Assembly (NCBI GenBank): GCA_017935825.1
Contig: JAGBGW010000019.1
Coordinates: 1-26,273 of the forward strand
From: Clostridia bacterium
GTDB taxonomy: Bacteria > Bacillota > Clostridia > Christensenellales > Maliibacteriaceae
Length of the DNA: 26,273 nucleotides
Direction: 5' to 3'
Both the position numbers and the translations under genes were made by a program. Under the pieces are notes generated by a model. The model saw only the letters and a program-made list of their open reading frames with translations, ran no database searches and was not told where the DNA came from. Within the stretch, counting starts at the first letter, position 1; each line of letters begins with the position of its first letter. This document shows positions 16,924 to 26,273 of this stretch, one piece after another.

Positions 16924-16953
16924 ATTATAAGACAGTAAAACAAGAGCTGTCAA
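16924..16953 (-). promoter_or_regulatory. Sigma-A promoter of the glycosyltransferase
   Basis: TTGACA-18 bp-TATAAT. Confidence 0.75.
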
Positions 16954-17091
16954 ATTAATCTTTCATTTGCATCCAATACAGCTTTGATCACACAAATTTC
17001 AAACGACATACAGATTTTCCATCTATCGTATAGCCGCCAAATGTGGTAATATGATAGATGTACTTTTATGTAAAAATGAGAGGCAAAGACA

Positions 17092-18240
17092 ATGATCTAT
17101 CTGGATAACAGCGCCACCACCCATGCAAGAGCAGAAGTCATCGAAACGGTGAACGATGCAATGCAAAAGTTCTGGATCAACCCTTCTGCAGCTTATGCAC
17201 AGGCGCTTGATGTGGAAAAGGCGCTTGATGGCGCACGGCGCACGGTGCTTCGCTCCATTGGCGGTGCACAGGCAGGCACTGTAGTATTTACAGGCGGCGG
17301 TACGGAGGGCGATAACCTTTCCATCATCGGCGCAGCCAACGCACGACGTGCCCATTTCAATCACATCATCACCACGGCCATCGAGCATCCTGCAGTGCTT
17401 CGTACGGTGGAATTCCTTGAGCGTTCGGGCTTTGATGTGACCGTTCTTCCCGTCAACGAAAAAGGCTGTGTGATCCCCGAACAGGTGGCGGAGGCTGTCC
17501 GCGAGGACACCTGCATCGTGTCCGTCATGCACGTCAATAACGAAGTAGGTTCCGTCAACGATATCGCAGCCATCGCAGAGGCGGTCAAGGCGAAGAACCC
17601 CAACACCTACGTTCACGTAGATGCAGTGCAGGCGTATCTTCGCGTGCCCGTGGAACTTGCAAAGACCAAGATCGACCTTTATTCCGCCAGTGCCCACAAG
17701 GTGCACGGTCCCAAGGGCGTGGGTTTCCTGTTCATCCGAAAGGGTGTAAAACTGGACGGCGTGCAGCTGGGCGGCGGTCAGGAGATGGGTCTTCGTTCAG
17801 GCACCCAGAACGTACCCGGCATCCTTGGTTTTGCAAAAGCTGTGGAACTTTGGGATCCTGCCGACAACGACCGCATGCGCGGCTTGAAGGAAAAGCTCTT
17901 TGCCGAGATTTCTTCCCGTTTGGATGGTGTCAGAAGAAACGGTCCTTCTGCTGAAGAATCCGCACCTCACGTGCTGAACGTCGGTTTCACAGGCGTTCGT
18001 GCAGAAACACTGCTGCATGCGCTGGAAGATAAAGACGTGCTGGTTGCAACGGGCTCTGCCTGCTCCTCCAAGCATCGCAAAGTCAGTTTCGTGCTGGATC
18101 AGATGGGTGTTCCCGAAAGCCACATCGGCGGCTCCATCCGTCTGAGTTTCGGTATCTTTAATACTGAAGACGATATCGTCCCTGCGGCGGAGGCGATCGC
18201 AAGCGCGGTCACGCTTCTTCGCAGATTCAAAGCAAGATAA
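17092..18240 (+). CDS. iscS: Cysteine desulfurase (NifZ/IscS-like, ThiI partner)
   Basis: MIYLDNSATT, SAHKVHGPKG (PLP lysine), ATGSACSS (catalytic cysteine); adjacent to thiI. Confidence 0.93.
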   Translation: MIYLDNSATTHARAEVIETVNDAMQKFWINPSAAYAQALDVEKALDGARRTVLRSIGGAQAGTVVFTGGGTEGDNLSIIGAANARRAHFNHIITTAIEHPAVLRTVEFLERSGFDVTVLPVNEKGCVIPEQVAEAVREDTCIVSVMHVNNEVGSVNDIAAIAEAVKAKNPNTYVHVDAVQAYLRVPVELAKTKIDLYSASAHKVHGPKGVGFLFIRKGVKLDGVQLGGGQEMGLRSGTQNVPGILGFAKAVELWDPADNDRMRGLKEKLFAEISSRLDGVRRNGPSAEESAPHVLNVGFTGVRAETLLHALEDKDVLVATGSACSSKHRKVSFVLDQMGVPESHIGGSIRLSFGIFNTEDDIVPAAEAIASAVTLLRRFKAR

Positions 18241-18278
18241 TAATCCCGAAAAAAAATTCTGAAAGGAAATTGATCGAT

Positions 18279-19469
18279 ATGGAAAACGTGGAAAAGTTGA
18301 TCCTCATCCGTTTTGGTGAAATTCACCTGAAGGGTCAGAACCGTCCCTATTTTGAAAACATGCTCCAGCGCCGCATCCGCGAGGCTGTGGCATTCTACGA
18401 AGGTGCTCGTGTCAGCCGTCACGACGGTCGTTATTTCGTCCGCGGTGCAGAGCATAACCCCGAGGTCATCGAAAAAATCTGCCGCGTCTTCGGCGTACAT
18501 TCCGTCTGCCCCGCAGTACAGATGCCCAAGGACAGCTTTGAAGATATCTGTGAAATGGCATGCGAACTGATGAAAGACGAAAAAGGTTCTTTCAAAGTCC
18601 ATGCACGCAGAAGCGACAAGCGTTACCCCATGGGTTCTCCCGAGATCGCCGCAAAGGTGGGCGAAGCCGTGCTGAACGCAAACGAAAACCTGCATGTGGA
18701 CATTAAAAATCCCGACACCCGTCTGGAAGTTGAGATTCGCGACAAGGCTTTCCTCTATTCCAAGGTCTACATGGCACGCGGCGGCATGCCCGTAGGATCC
18801 AACGGCAAGGCTTATGTGCTGCTTTCCGGCGGCATCGACTCCCCCGTTGCAGCTTACATGACCGCAAAGCGCGGCGTACACATCGATGCTGTGCACTTTG
18901 ATTCTCCCCCCTATACCAGCGCAAGAAGCCGCCAGAAGGTCATCGACCTTGCAAAGCTTCTGACCGACTACTGCGGTTCCATCCGTCTGCACATCGTGCC
19001 CTTTACCGAAATTCAGCAGGAGATCTACGAAAAGTGCCCCGATGAGGAGCTGACCATCCTCATGCGCAGAAGCATGATGCGCATTGCACAGGCCATCGCC
19101 ATCGAAGGCAACGGCACCGCACTTGTCACGGGCGAGAGCATCGGTCAGGTGGCAAGCCAGACTTTGGAATCCCTTGCATCCACCAACGATGTGTGCGCCC
19201 TGCCCGTCATCCGCCCCCTGATCTGCTTTGACAAGTCCGAGATCATGGAAGTGGCGCGCGACATCGGCACGTATGAGACTTCCATTCTGCCCTACGAAGA
19301 CTGCTGCACCGTATTCGTACCCCGTCATCCCAAGACCCATCCCAAGATCGAGGATGTACGAAAGTCCGAAGAAAACGTGGACTTTGCTGCCCTGGAAGCC
19401 CGCGCCATGGAACAGGCCACCTTCATGGACCTGCACCTTGGCGATTCCCACGAAGTGGAGCAGTATTAA
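18279..19469 (+). CDS. thiI: tRNA 4-thiouridine synthase ThiI (THUMP + PP-loop, no rhodanese domain)
   Basis: GEIHLKGQNR, LLSGGIDSPVA, GESIGQVASQT, PYEDCCTVF. Alternative start TTG 18270. Confidence 0.95.
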   Translation: MENVEKLILIRFGEIHLKGQNRPYFENMLQRRIREAVAFYEGARVSRHDGRYFVRGAEHNPEVIEKICRVFGVHSVCPAVQMPKDSFEDICEMACELMKDEKGSFKVHARRSDKRYPMGSPEIAAKVGEAVLNANENLHVDIKNPDTRLEVEIRDKAFLYSKVYMARGGMPVGSNGKAYVLLSGGIDSPVAAYMTAKRGVHIDAVHFDSPPYTSARSRQKVIDLAKLLTDYCGSIRLHIVPFTEIQQEIYEKCPDEELTILMRRSMMRIAQAIAIEGNGTALVTGESIGQVASQTLESLASTNDVCALPVIRPLICFDKSEIMEVARDIGTYETSILPYEDCCTVFVPRHPKTHPKIEDVRKSEENVDFAALEARAMEQATFMDLHLGDSHEVEQY

Positions 19470-19499
19470 TCGAGCAAATAACGAAGGAGTGATTCTTCG

Positions 19500-21758
19500 A
19501 TGAATCTGACACAAATTCTGGATTCGTGGAAAAACGATCCTGCCGTGATGGATCATGTCACCTGCTGGCGGCAGATCCCTGCACAGAAGGCACATTACGC
19601 ACCGTGGCCCGATGATCTGGACGCACGTCTTGTTGACATGCTCAAAAAGCGCGGCATTGCGGCACCCTACAGCCATCAGGCAGAGGCCATGGAGCACATT
19701 GCAAAAGGCCGCGACACGGTGGTGGTCACCCCCACCGCATCGGGCAAATCCCTGTGCTATCACATCCCTGTTTTGAATGACATGCTGCGCGATCCAAACG
19801 CCCGTGCGCTGTATCTTTTCCCCACCAAGGCGCTTTCCGCCGACCAGGTGACGGAACTGTACGACATGATCGGCGATCTGGACTGCGACATCAAAGCTTT
19901 CACCTATGACGGCGACACCGCAGTTTCCGCCCGCCGCGCCGTACGCACCGCAGGCAACATCGTGGTGACCAACCCCGACATGCTGCATTCGGGCATTTTG
20001 CCCAACCACGTCAAGTGGGTGAAGCTTTTTGAGAACTTAAAATACGTGGTCATCGATGAGATCCATTCTTATCGCGGCGTTTTCGGCAGCCATCTTGCAA
20101 ATGTGGTACGAAGATTGAAGCGCATCTGCCAGTTCTACGGCAGTGACCCCGTGTTCATCTGCTGCTCTGCAACCATCGCAAATCCCCTGCAGCTTGCACA
20201 GACCATCACGGGCAGAACCATGGTGATGGTAGATCGCTCGGGCGCACCCGTGGGTCAGCGCGATATCGTGTTCTACAATCCGCCCGTGGTCAACAAGCAG
20301 CTTGGTATTCGTAAGAGCGCCATCTTCCAGGCGCAGATGTTTGCAGCGATTTTGATCGCAAATAAGATCCAGACCATCGTCTTTACCAGAAGCCGTCTGA
20401 TGGTGGAAGTCATTTTGACTTATTTGAAGACCTTCGTCCGCGACCGCATCGGTCGCACGGATCGTGTGCGCGGCTATCGCGGCGGCTACATGCCTTTGGA
20501 GCGCAGAGCCATTGAAAAAGGCTTGAAGTCGGGCGAAGTTCTGGGTGTTGTATCCACCAACGCGCTGGAGCTTGGCGTAGATATCGGCTCGCTGGAAGCA
20601 TGCATCCTCTGCGGCTATCCCGGCACCATCGCCAGCACATGGCAGCAGGCAGGCCGCGCAGGCAGACGCAATTCCTCCAGTTTCATGATGTTGGTGGCAA
20701 ACTCCTCCCCCATGGATCAGTTTATCGTCACCCATCCCGAGTACTTCTTTGATCAGAGCCCTGAAATGGCACTGATCAACCCCGACAACCTGTACATTTT
20801 CATGAGCCATTTGAAGTGCGCGGCATTTGAGCTGCCCTTTGAAGACGGCGAGATCTTCGGCGATGTGATCACCACCGAGGAAGCACTTGACTATCTGCAG
20901 GAAGAAGGCGTGGTGCAGCGCGTGGCAGGCCGCTGGCACTGGTCCAGCGAGACCTTCCCTGCAAAGGATATCTCTCTTCGAAGCGCATCCAACGAGAACG
21001 TGGTCATCATCGATGTGACCAATCCCGATCCCCGTGTCATCGGCGAGATGGATCACTTCACCGCGCCCATGCTGCTGCACGATGAAGCCATCTACATCCA
21101 CGAGGGCACCCAGTATCAGGTACAAAAGCTGGATCTTCCCATGCACAAGGCCTTCATCAAGAAGACCAACGTGGACTACTACACCGATGCGGACATGCAG
21201 GTGGATGTAAAGGTACTGGACGTCTTCACCGAACGTGAAATGCCCAACCGTCTTGATATGCACGGCGAAGTATTGGTCAATTCCCTTGTGACGGTCTTTA
21301 AAAAGATCAAGTTCGAGACCCACGAAAACGTAGGCTGGGGACAGGTCCATCTGCCCGAGATGACCATGCACACACAGGCGTCCTGGTACACCTGGCCCGA
21401 GGGTCTTGCAGGTCTTTCCGAAAGCGAGACCGGTACCGCACTTTCCGGTGTGGCAAATCTGGTGGCCAACGTGGCGCCTTTGTTCCTGATGTGCGATCCC
21501 CGCGACATCGCGGTGTTCTATCAGGTACGTCAGCCCTTCACGGATGCCCCTGCGCTATTTGTCTACGATGCAGTGCCCGGCTCCATCGGTCTTTCCGAAA
21601 AGCTGTATCACATGCAAAACGAGGTCTTCCGTCAGGCACTTGATCTTCTTGACAACTGCCCCTGCGAAGACGGCTGCCCCTCCTGCGTAGGTCCCGGTGC
21701 AGGTGAAAACGCAAAGGAACTGGCACGAAACCTTCTGCTTTCCATGATTCAGGAATAA
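19500..21758 (+). CDS. mrfA: DEAH-box helicase with DUF1998 Cys4 C-terminus (MrfA/YprA/SftH family)
   Basis: PTASGKS, FPTKAL, DEIH, SAT, TNALELGVDIG, QQAGRAGRR; C-terminal LMCD...CPCEDGCPSC. Confidence 0.9.
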   Translation: MNLTQILDSWKNDPAVMDHVTCWRQIPAQKAHYAPWPDDLDARLVDMLKKRGIAAPYSHQAEAMEHIAKGRDTVVVTPTASGKSLCYHIPVLNDMLRDPNARALYLFPTKALSADQVTELYDMIGDLDCDIKAFTYDGDTAVSARRAVRTAGNIVVTNPDMLHSGILPNHVKWVKLFENLKYVVIDEIHSYRGVFGSHLANVVRRLKRICQFYGSDPVFICCSATIANPLQLAQTITGRTMVMVDRSGAPVGQRDIVFYNPPVVNKQLGIRKSAIFQAQMFAAILIANKIQTIVFTRSRLMVEVILTYLKTFVRDRIGRTDRVRGYRGGYMPLERRAIEKGLKSGEVLGVVSTNALELGVDIGSLEACILCGYPGTIASTWQQAGRAGRRNSSSFMMLVANSSPMDQFIVTHPEYFFDQSPEMALINPDNLYIFMSHLKCAAFELPFEDGEIFGDVITTEEALDYLQEEGVVQRVAGRWHWSSETFPAKDISLRSASNENVVIIDVTNPDPRVIGEMDHFTAPMLLHDEAIYIHEGTQYQVQKLDLPMHKAFIKKTNVDYYTDADMQVDVKVLDVFTEREMPNRLDMHGEVLVNSLVTVFKKIKFETHENVGWGQVHLPEMTMHTQASWYTWPEGLAGLSESETGTALSGVANLVANVAPLFLMCDPRDIAVFYQVRQPFTDAPALFVYDAVPGSIGLSEKLYHMQNEVFRQALDLLDNCPCEDGCPSCVGPGAGENAKELARNLLLSMIQE

Positions 21759-21777
21759 CACGTTCGAGGTTAAACAC

Positions 21778-22920
21778 ATGGCAGGTCTGCGTGATAAACT
21801 CAAGACCATGGCGAGCCTGTCGGAAGATTGGAACGCCCAAGCCGCCGCGCCCGAAGCACCCAAGACGGGCGGGCTTGGTGATGATGTGTTTTTTTATCCG
21901 CTTGACCATAAAACGGGTGACTACACCTTAAAGGAATTTTTGTCCATTGATGAGGAAAGCTTCTTCGGCTTAAACGATGAAGCGGCGATGGACTTAGATC
22001 CCCGTCGTGTGCTGTTCCTCGATACCGAGACCACGGGTCTGTTCGGCGCAAACGTACAGGCTTTTCTTGTGGGGCTTGGGTATTATACAAACAGCGGCTT
22101 TTGTGTACGGCAGCTTCTGATGCGGAATCTTGCATCGGAAGAAGCACTGCTGCAAAAGCTGGATGAGATTTTTCAAAACTTCGATGTGATCGTCACCTTC
22201 AACGGAAAATCCTACGATATTCCCTTGATCCAGACCCGTATGCTGTATTGCAGAATGCATGGGTCTGTGCCCGACACCCACATCGACCTGATCCATCCTG
22301 CACGGCGCATCTACAAACTGCGCATCGAAAGCTGTCGGCTTTCCAATATTGAAGACAAAATCTTTCATGCAGGACGTAGCGACGACATCGATGGCGCAGA
22401 AATTCCCGGGCGGTATTTCCGTTACATCCGAACGGGTGATGAAAGTCTGCTTTCCGATATTTTGGAGCACAATCGGCAGGACATCGTCTCCATGCCCCTT
22501 CTTGCATGTGCCATGTGCCGCGTACTGGACGACCCGTCCATGAGCGAATTCGGCGCCGACCGCTTCAGCATCGGTCGCTATTACCAGCGGCAGAACAACC
22601 CCCAAATGGCGGAAAAGTATTTTTCCTCCGTCACCGATGGGCTTTGGTCACTGCCTTCCATGTGGCAAAAGTCCCTTCTTTTAAAAAAGAGCGACATGGC
22701 AGCCGCCGTTGCCTGCTGGGAAGAAATACTCTCCCACACGCCCGACTACTGCCCTGCGCTGATGGAACTTTGCAAATATCACGAACACACCACGCGTGAT
22801 GTGAAGCTGGCGCTTGAACTTTGCTGTCGTGCTCAACAAACAGGTATGGGCCAGATGAAGTTTGCAGACGACCTTGCAAAGCGCCGCGCACGGCTTGAAA
22901 AAAAGCTTTCCAAACAATAA
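21778..22920 (+). CDS. mrfB: DEDD-type exonuclease (RNase H-like fold) with TPR-like tail (MrfB/YprB)
   Basis: FLDTETTGL, TFNGKSYDIP, HIDL.HPARR, CRLSNIE, HNRQDI; immediately after mrfA. Confidence 0.87.
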   Translation: MAGLRDKLKTMASLSEDWNAQAAAPEAPKTGGLGDDVFFYPLDHKTGDYTLKEFLSIDEESFFGLNDEAAMDLDPRRVLFLDTETTGLFGANVQAFLVGLGYYTNSGFCVRQLLMRNLASEEALLQKLDEIFQNFDVIVTFNGKSYDIPLIQTRMLYCRMHGSVPDTHIDLIHPARRIYKLRIESCRLSNIEDKIFHAGRSDDIDGAEIPGRYFRYIRTGDESLLSDILEHNRQDIVSMPLLACAMCRVLDDPSMSEFGADRFSIGRYYQRQNNPQMAEKYFSSVTDGLWSLPSMWQKSLLLKKSDMAAAVACWEEILSHTPDYCPALMELCKYHEHTTRDVKLALELCCRAQQTGMGQMKFADDLAKRRARLEKKLSKQ

Positions 22921-22935
22921 CAGGAGTTGGTCCAT

Positions 22936-24291
22936 ATGCACAATTCCTCACCTATGCTTCTAAAAAAGAAAAAGTTCACCTTCGCTCAAATCGCAGCGCT
23001 TGTGTATCTTACATTGATCGGCGTGGGTACAGTTCTTTTGATGCTGCCCATATCTTCCGCACAGGGCACACCCACCTCGCTTTTGGATTGCCTGTTCACC
23101 GCCACCAGCGCCACCTGTGTAACCGGCCTGATCGTGGTGGACACTGCCACCCACTGGTCATTTTTCGGACAGGTCGTCATCATCCTTTTGATCCAGACAG
23201 GCGGTATGGGTTTTATGGCAATGGTCGCCATGCTGTTCTGGGCAACGGGAAAAAAACTGGGGCTTACCCAGCGCCGTCTTCTTTGGCAAAGCGCAGGCGG
23301 CGAAGATGCAAACGCAAAGCACCTGACACGCAACATCTTAGCCTGTACCTTTATCTGCGAGGGAATTGGTACAGTGCTGTTAAGCTTTTTCTTTGTCCCC
23401 AAATACGGCCCGGGAAAAGGACTTTTCTACAGCATTTTCCATGCGATTTCCGCCTTCTGCAATGCAGGATTTGATATTCTGCCTGAGCAGGTACCCTTTT
23501 CCTCTTTCCTGCTGTACCCCGATCACGTTTATCTGAACGTGGTGCTGATGCTGCTGATCATCTTCGGCGGTCTTGGTTTCTTCGCACTGTATGACCTTTG
23601 GAAAAACCGCTGCCGCTGGACGAAACTTTCACTGCACACAAAGCTTGTGTTGGTCGTTTCAGCACTTTTGATCGTTCTTGGATCGCTCGGTCTGCTTGCA
23701 TTTGAGCATAATGCCGCATTTTCTGATATTGACTTCGGCACGAAAGTTTTGGCAAGTATGTTCCAAAGTGTTTCAGCAAGAACGGCAGGCATCGCCACGG
23801 CGGATCTTTCCACACTTTCCCCTGCAGGCTGTCTTTGGATGTGCATTTTGATGGTGATCGGCGGAAGCCCTGCCTCTACGGCAGGTGGTATGAAAACCAC
23901 CACGTTTGCCATTTTGATTCTGGGCATTTGGGCTGAGGCGCGAAGAAAACCCTCCGTGACGGTATTCAAGCGTCGTCTTGATGCAGCAAGTGTCACACGG
24001 GCATGGACGATTTGCGCCATCTACTTTATGCTGGTCATCATCTGCACCATGCTGCTTTGTGCCATCGAGCCCATCACACTGATGCAGGGACTTTTTGAAA
24101 TTTCCTCCGCCATCGGCACGGTGGGACTTACCATGGGCATCACACCTTCTCTTTGCAGTCTATCCAAAGTGCTCATCTGTGTGCTGATGTTTGCAGGCAA
24201 GCTGGGTGCAATGACACTTGCATTTGCACTGGCAGAGCGGGTGGAATCCGTTCCTCTGCAGCGTCCCGTGGGCACAGTCATTATCGGATAA
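22936..24291 (+). CDS. ktrB: Ktr/Trk potassium uptake membrane subunit
   Basis: Four pore-loop glycine motifs: TSATCVTGL, SAFCNAGFD, SARTAGI, SAIGTVGLT. AGGAG RBS favours ATG 22936. Confidence 0.92.
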   Translation: MHNSSPMLLKKKKFTFAQIAALVYLTLIGVGTVLLMLPISSAQGTPTSLLDCLFTATSATCVTGLIVVDTATHWSFFGQVVIILLIQTGGMGFMAMVAMLFWATGKKLGLTQRRLLWQSAGGEDANAKHLTRNILACTFICEGIGTVLLSFFFVPKYGPGKGLFYSIFHAISAFCNAGFDILPEQVPFSSFLLYPDHVYLNVVLMLLIIFGGLGFFALYDLWKNRCRWTKLSLHTKLVLVVSALLIVLGSLGLLAFEHNAAFSDIDFGTKVLASMFQSVSARTAGIATADLSTLSPAGCLWMCILMVIGGSPASTAGGMKTTTFAILILGIWAEARRKPSVTVFKRRLDAASVTRAWTICAIYFMLVIICTMLLCAIEPITLMQGLFEISSAIGTVGLTMGITPSLCSLSKVLICVLMFAGKLGAMTLAFALAERVESVPLQRPVGTVIIG

Positions 24292-24313
24292 ATACAGAAA
24301 GGATGAGACATTT

Positions 24314-24973
24314 ATGAAACCTGAATCTGTTCTGATCATCGGTCTTGGCAAATACGGCGAAAACCTGGCGCTTCAATTTGTAAAGCGCGGCTTGTCCGTA
24401 ATGGTACTTTCCCGTGACGAGGAGGCCGTCAACCGTATCGCACCCTATGTATCCGATATCCAGATCGGCGACGGTACCAACATTGCGGTGCTTCGTACGC
24501 TGGGTATCAGCGATTTTGACGTTTGCTTTGTCACCGTGGGTGAAAACTTCCAGGCATCGCTGGAAATCACTGCTTTCTTAAAGGAGCTGGGTGCAAAGTA
24601 CGTGGTATCCAAAGCCACGGATGAAGTGCAGGAGAAATTCCTGCTGCGTAACGGCGCCGATGAAGTTGTCTTCCCCGAGCGTGACATTGCAGAAAAAACC
24701 GCCGTTCGTTTTTCTTCCAATCATATTCTGGACTACATCCAGGTGACAGGCGAGTACTCCATCTTCCAGATCCCCGTTCCCGCCAATTGGGTGGGCGATA
24801 CCATTGCATCGCTGAACGTACGGCAAAAATATGGTGTCAATATTCTTGCAGTGGAATCTGCTTCGGGGCACATCGATGCCATGCCGGGCGCAAGTTATAT
24901 CCTGCAAAATGATGAACGACTTCTGATCCTGGGCAAATCTCAGGATGTATTCCGTCTGACCGATCAAACCTAA
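24314..24973 (+). CDS. ktrA: Ktr/Trk RCK regulatory subunit
   Basis: IIGLGKYG Rossmann motif, LKELGAKYVVSKA, GADEVVFPE, RCK_C domain. Confidence 0.92.
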   Translation: MKPESVLIIGLGKYGENLALQFVKRGLSVMVLSRDEEAVNRIAPYVSDIQIGDGTNIAVLRTLGISDFDVCFVTVGENFQASLEITAFLKELGAKYVVSKATDEVQEKFLLRNGADEVVFPERDIAEKTAVRFSSNHILDYIQVTGEYSIFQIPVPANWVGDTIASLNVRQKYGVNILAVESASGHIDAMPGASYILQNDERLLILGKSQDVFRLTDQT

Positions 24974-25001
24974 TCACTTTATAACTTTCAAGGAGAACCC
25001 C

Positions 25002-26273
25002 ATGAACGAAAACAAAGGCAACTTCCGCGCACTGCTGCCCATCGGCGTATTCCTTGTGCTGTACCTTGGTCTTGGCCTGATCTTTGAGTACGCACTGCAC
25101 ATCTCCATGGGCTTTTACCAGATCCCCATCGTGATCATCTTCATGATCGCACTGCTTGTGGCATGCATGCAGAATAAATCCCTTTCCTTTGACAAAAAAC
25201 TGGAAGTCATGGGTACGGGTGTTGGTGACAAAAACATCGTCACCATGATCCTGATTTTCCTTGTGGCAGGCGCATTCGTGGGCGTTGTGGGCAGAAGCTC
25301 TGCAGAATCCGTGGCATACTTCATGCTTTCCATCATTCCTGCCCGCTTTGCAGTTGCAGTACTGTTTATCGTGGCATGCTTTGTTTCCACCGCCATGGGC
25401 ACTTCCGTGGGCACCATCACACTGCTTACCCCCATCGCAGTGGCTGTTGGCAATGCATCCGGCTTTTCCATGCCCCTTTGCATCGCATCCGTCATGGGCG
25501 GCGCGATGTTCGGCGACAACCTTTCCTTCATCTCCGACACCACCATCGCAGCCTGCAACGGTCAGGGCTGTCAGATGAAGGATAAGTTCCGTGAGAACTT
25601 TTTGATCGCACTGCCTGCGGCACTTGCAACGCTGGTGCTGATCCTTGTTCTTTCCTTTAGCAGCAATATCAACGGCGCTGTCATCGGTGAATATAACCTT
25701 GTACAGACCATCCCCTACCTGCTTGTTTTGATCGGCGGCATCATCGGTATCAACGTATTTGTGGTACTGCTCATCGGTATTGCATCCGGCTCCATCATCA
25801 TGCTTGTCACCGGTGCCACCGAGGCTACCAGCCTGCTTGCCAACATGGGCAGCGGTGCATCGGGCATGTTTGAGACCATCCTGGTCACCGTGCTTGTCTC
25901 TTCCCTTTGCGCACTGATCCGTGAATTCGGCGGCTTTGATGCACTGCTTTCTCTTGCCCAGAAGATGTTCCGCGGCAAAAAAGGCGGTCAGCTGGGCATG
26001 GGTCTTCTGGTTGGCGTGATGGACATTGCAACTGCCAACAACACCGTTGCCATCGTCATGGCAAACCCCATCGCAAAGCAGATGGCAAAGACTTACGGCA
26101 TCAGCGCAAAGAAGAGCGCCTCCATCCTGGACACCTTCTCCTGCATCTTCCAGGGGGCCATTCCCTATGGTGCGCAGATGCTGGTGGCCATTTCCGCGGC
26201 GACGGAGATGGGCTTGACCATTACCGCATTTGACATCATGCCGAAGCTTTTTTATCCGATGCTGCTGCTGGTC
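25002..26273 (+). CDS. NhaC-family Na+/H+ antiporter or amino-acid transporter (runs off the window end)
   Basis: Not in the ORF track (no stop in window); translated by hand: MNENKGNFRALLPIGVF...STAMGTSVGT...GAMFGDNLSFISDTTI...NNTVAI...IPYGAQML. AAGGAG RBS. Confidence 0.88.
   Translation, partial: MNENKGNFRALLPIGVFLVLYLGLGLIFEYALHISMGFYQIPIVIIFMIALLVACMQNKSLSFDKKLEVMGTGVGDKNIVTMILIFLVAGAFVGVVGRSSAESVAYFMLSIIPARFAVAVLFIVACFVSTAMGTSVGTITLLTPIAVAVGNASGFSMPLCIASVMGGAMFGDNLSFISDTTIAACNGQGCQMKDKFRENFLIALPAALATLVLILVLSFSSNINGAVIGEYNLVQTIPYLLVLIGGIIGINVFVVLLIGIASGSIIMLVTGATEATSLLANMGSGASGMFETILVTVLVSSLCALIREFGGFDALLSLAQKMFRGKKGGQLGMGLLVGVMDIATANNTVAIVMANPIAKQMAKTYGISAKKSASILDTFSCIFQGAIPYGAQMLVAISAATEMGLTITAFDIMPKLFYPMLLLV

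Noticed and set aside
19470-19480. TCGAGCAAATA also occurs near 5932-5942
   Set aside because: An isolated 11-bp match with no further similarity; plausible by chance.
21753-21768. Possible LexA box before mrfB (GGAAT-AACAC-GTTCG)
   Set aside because: The left half-site and spacing do not fit CGAAC-N4-GTTCG.
12043-26273. Idea that the plus-strand block is head-on to replication or inverted
   Set aside because: Spot counts of G versus C tracked coding strand rather than one consistent skew; a cumulative GC-skew computation would be needed.

Overview
This is a core chromosomal region of a spore-forming Clostridia-like firmicute. No rRNA, tRNA, CRISPR array, integrase or transposase is visible. 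The left half (minus strand) reads pncB, divIVA-like, prmA, rsmE, mtaB, HIT, rpsU, yqfC, yqfD, phoH, 7TM-HD phosphodiesterase (pgpH/yqfF), ybeY, era (truncated). The right half (mostly plus strand) has a PrcB-domain lipoprotein, prs coupled to two short chromate-transporter genes, a convergent GT4 glycosyltransferase, and a probable operon nifZ/iscS-thiI-mrfA-mrfB-ktrB-ktrA-NhaC-family transporter (truncated). The most unusual signal is non-coding. The last 33 bp of the HIT gene (GGKQMTEQMA*) occur twice, 161 bp apart, and the copies differ only at three synonymous positions. Between them lies a 128-bp element that folds on the minus strand and has an arm complementary to the duplicated core. 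A second intergenic hairpin cluster (about 12970-13140) shares the AGCCGTAAGG and GCCGTTT motifs with it. All gene calls come from motif recognition by eye and all folds were paired by hand; nothing was searched or computed.
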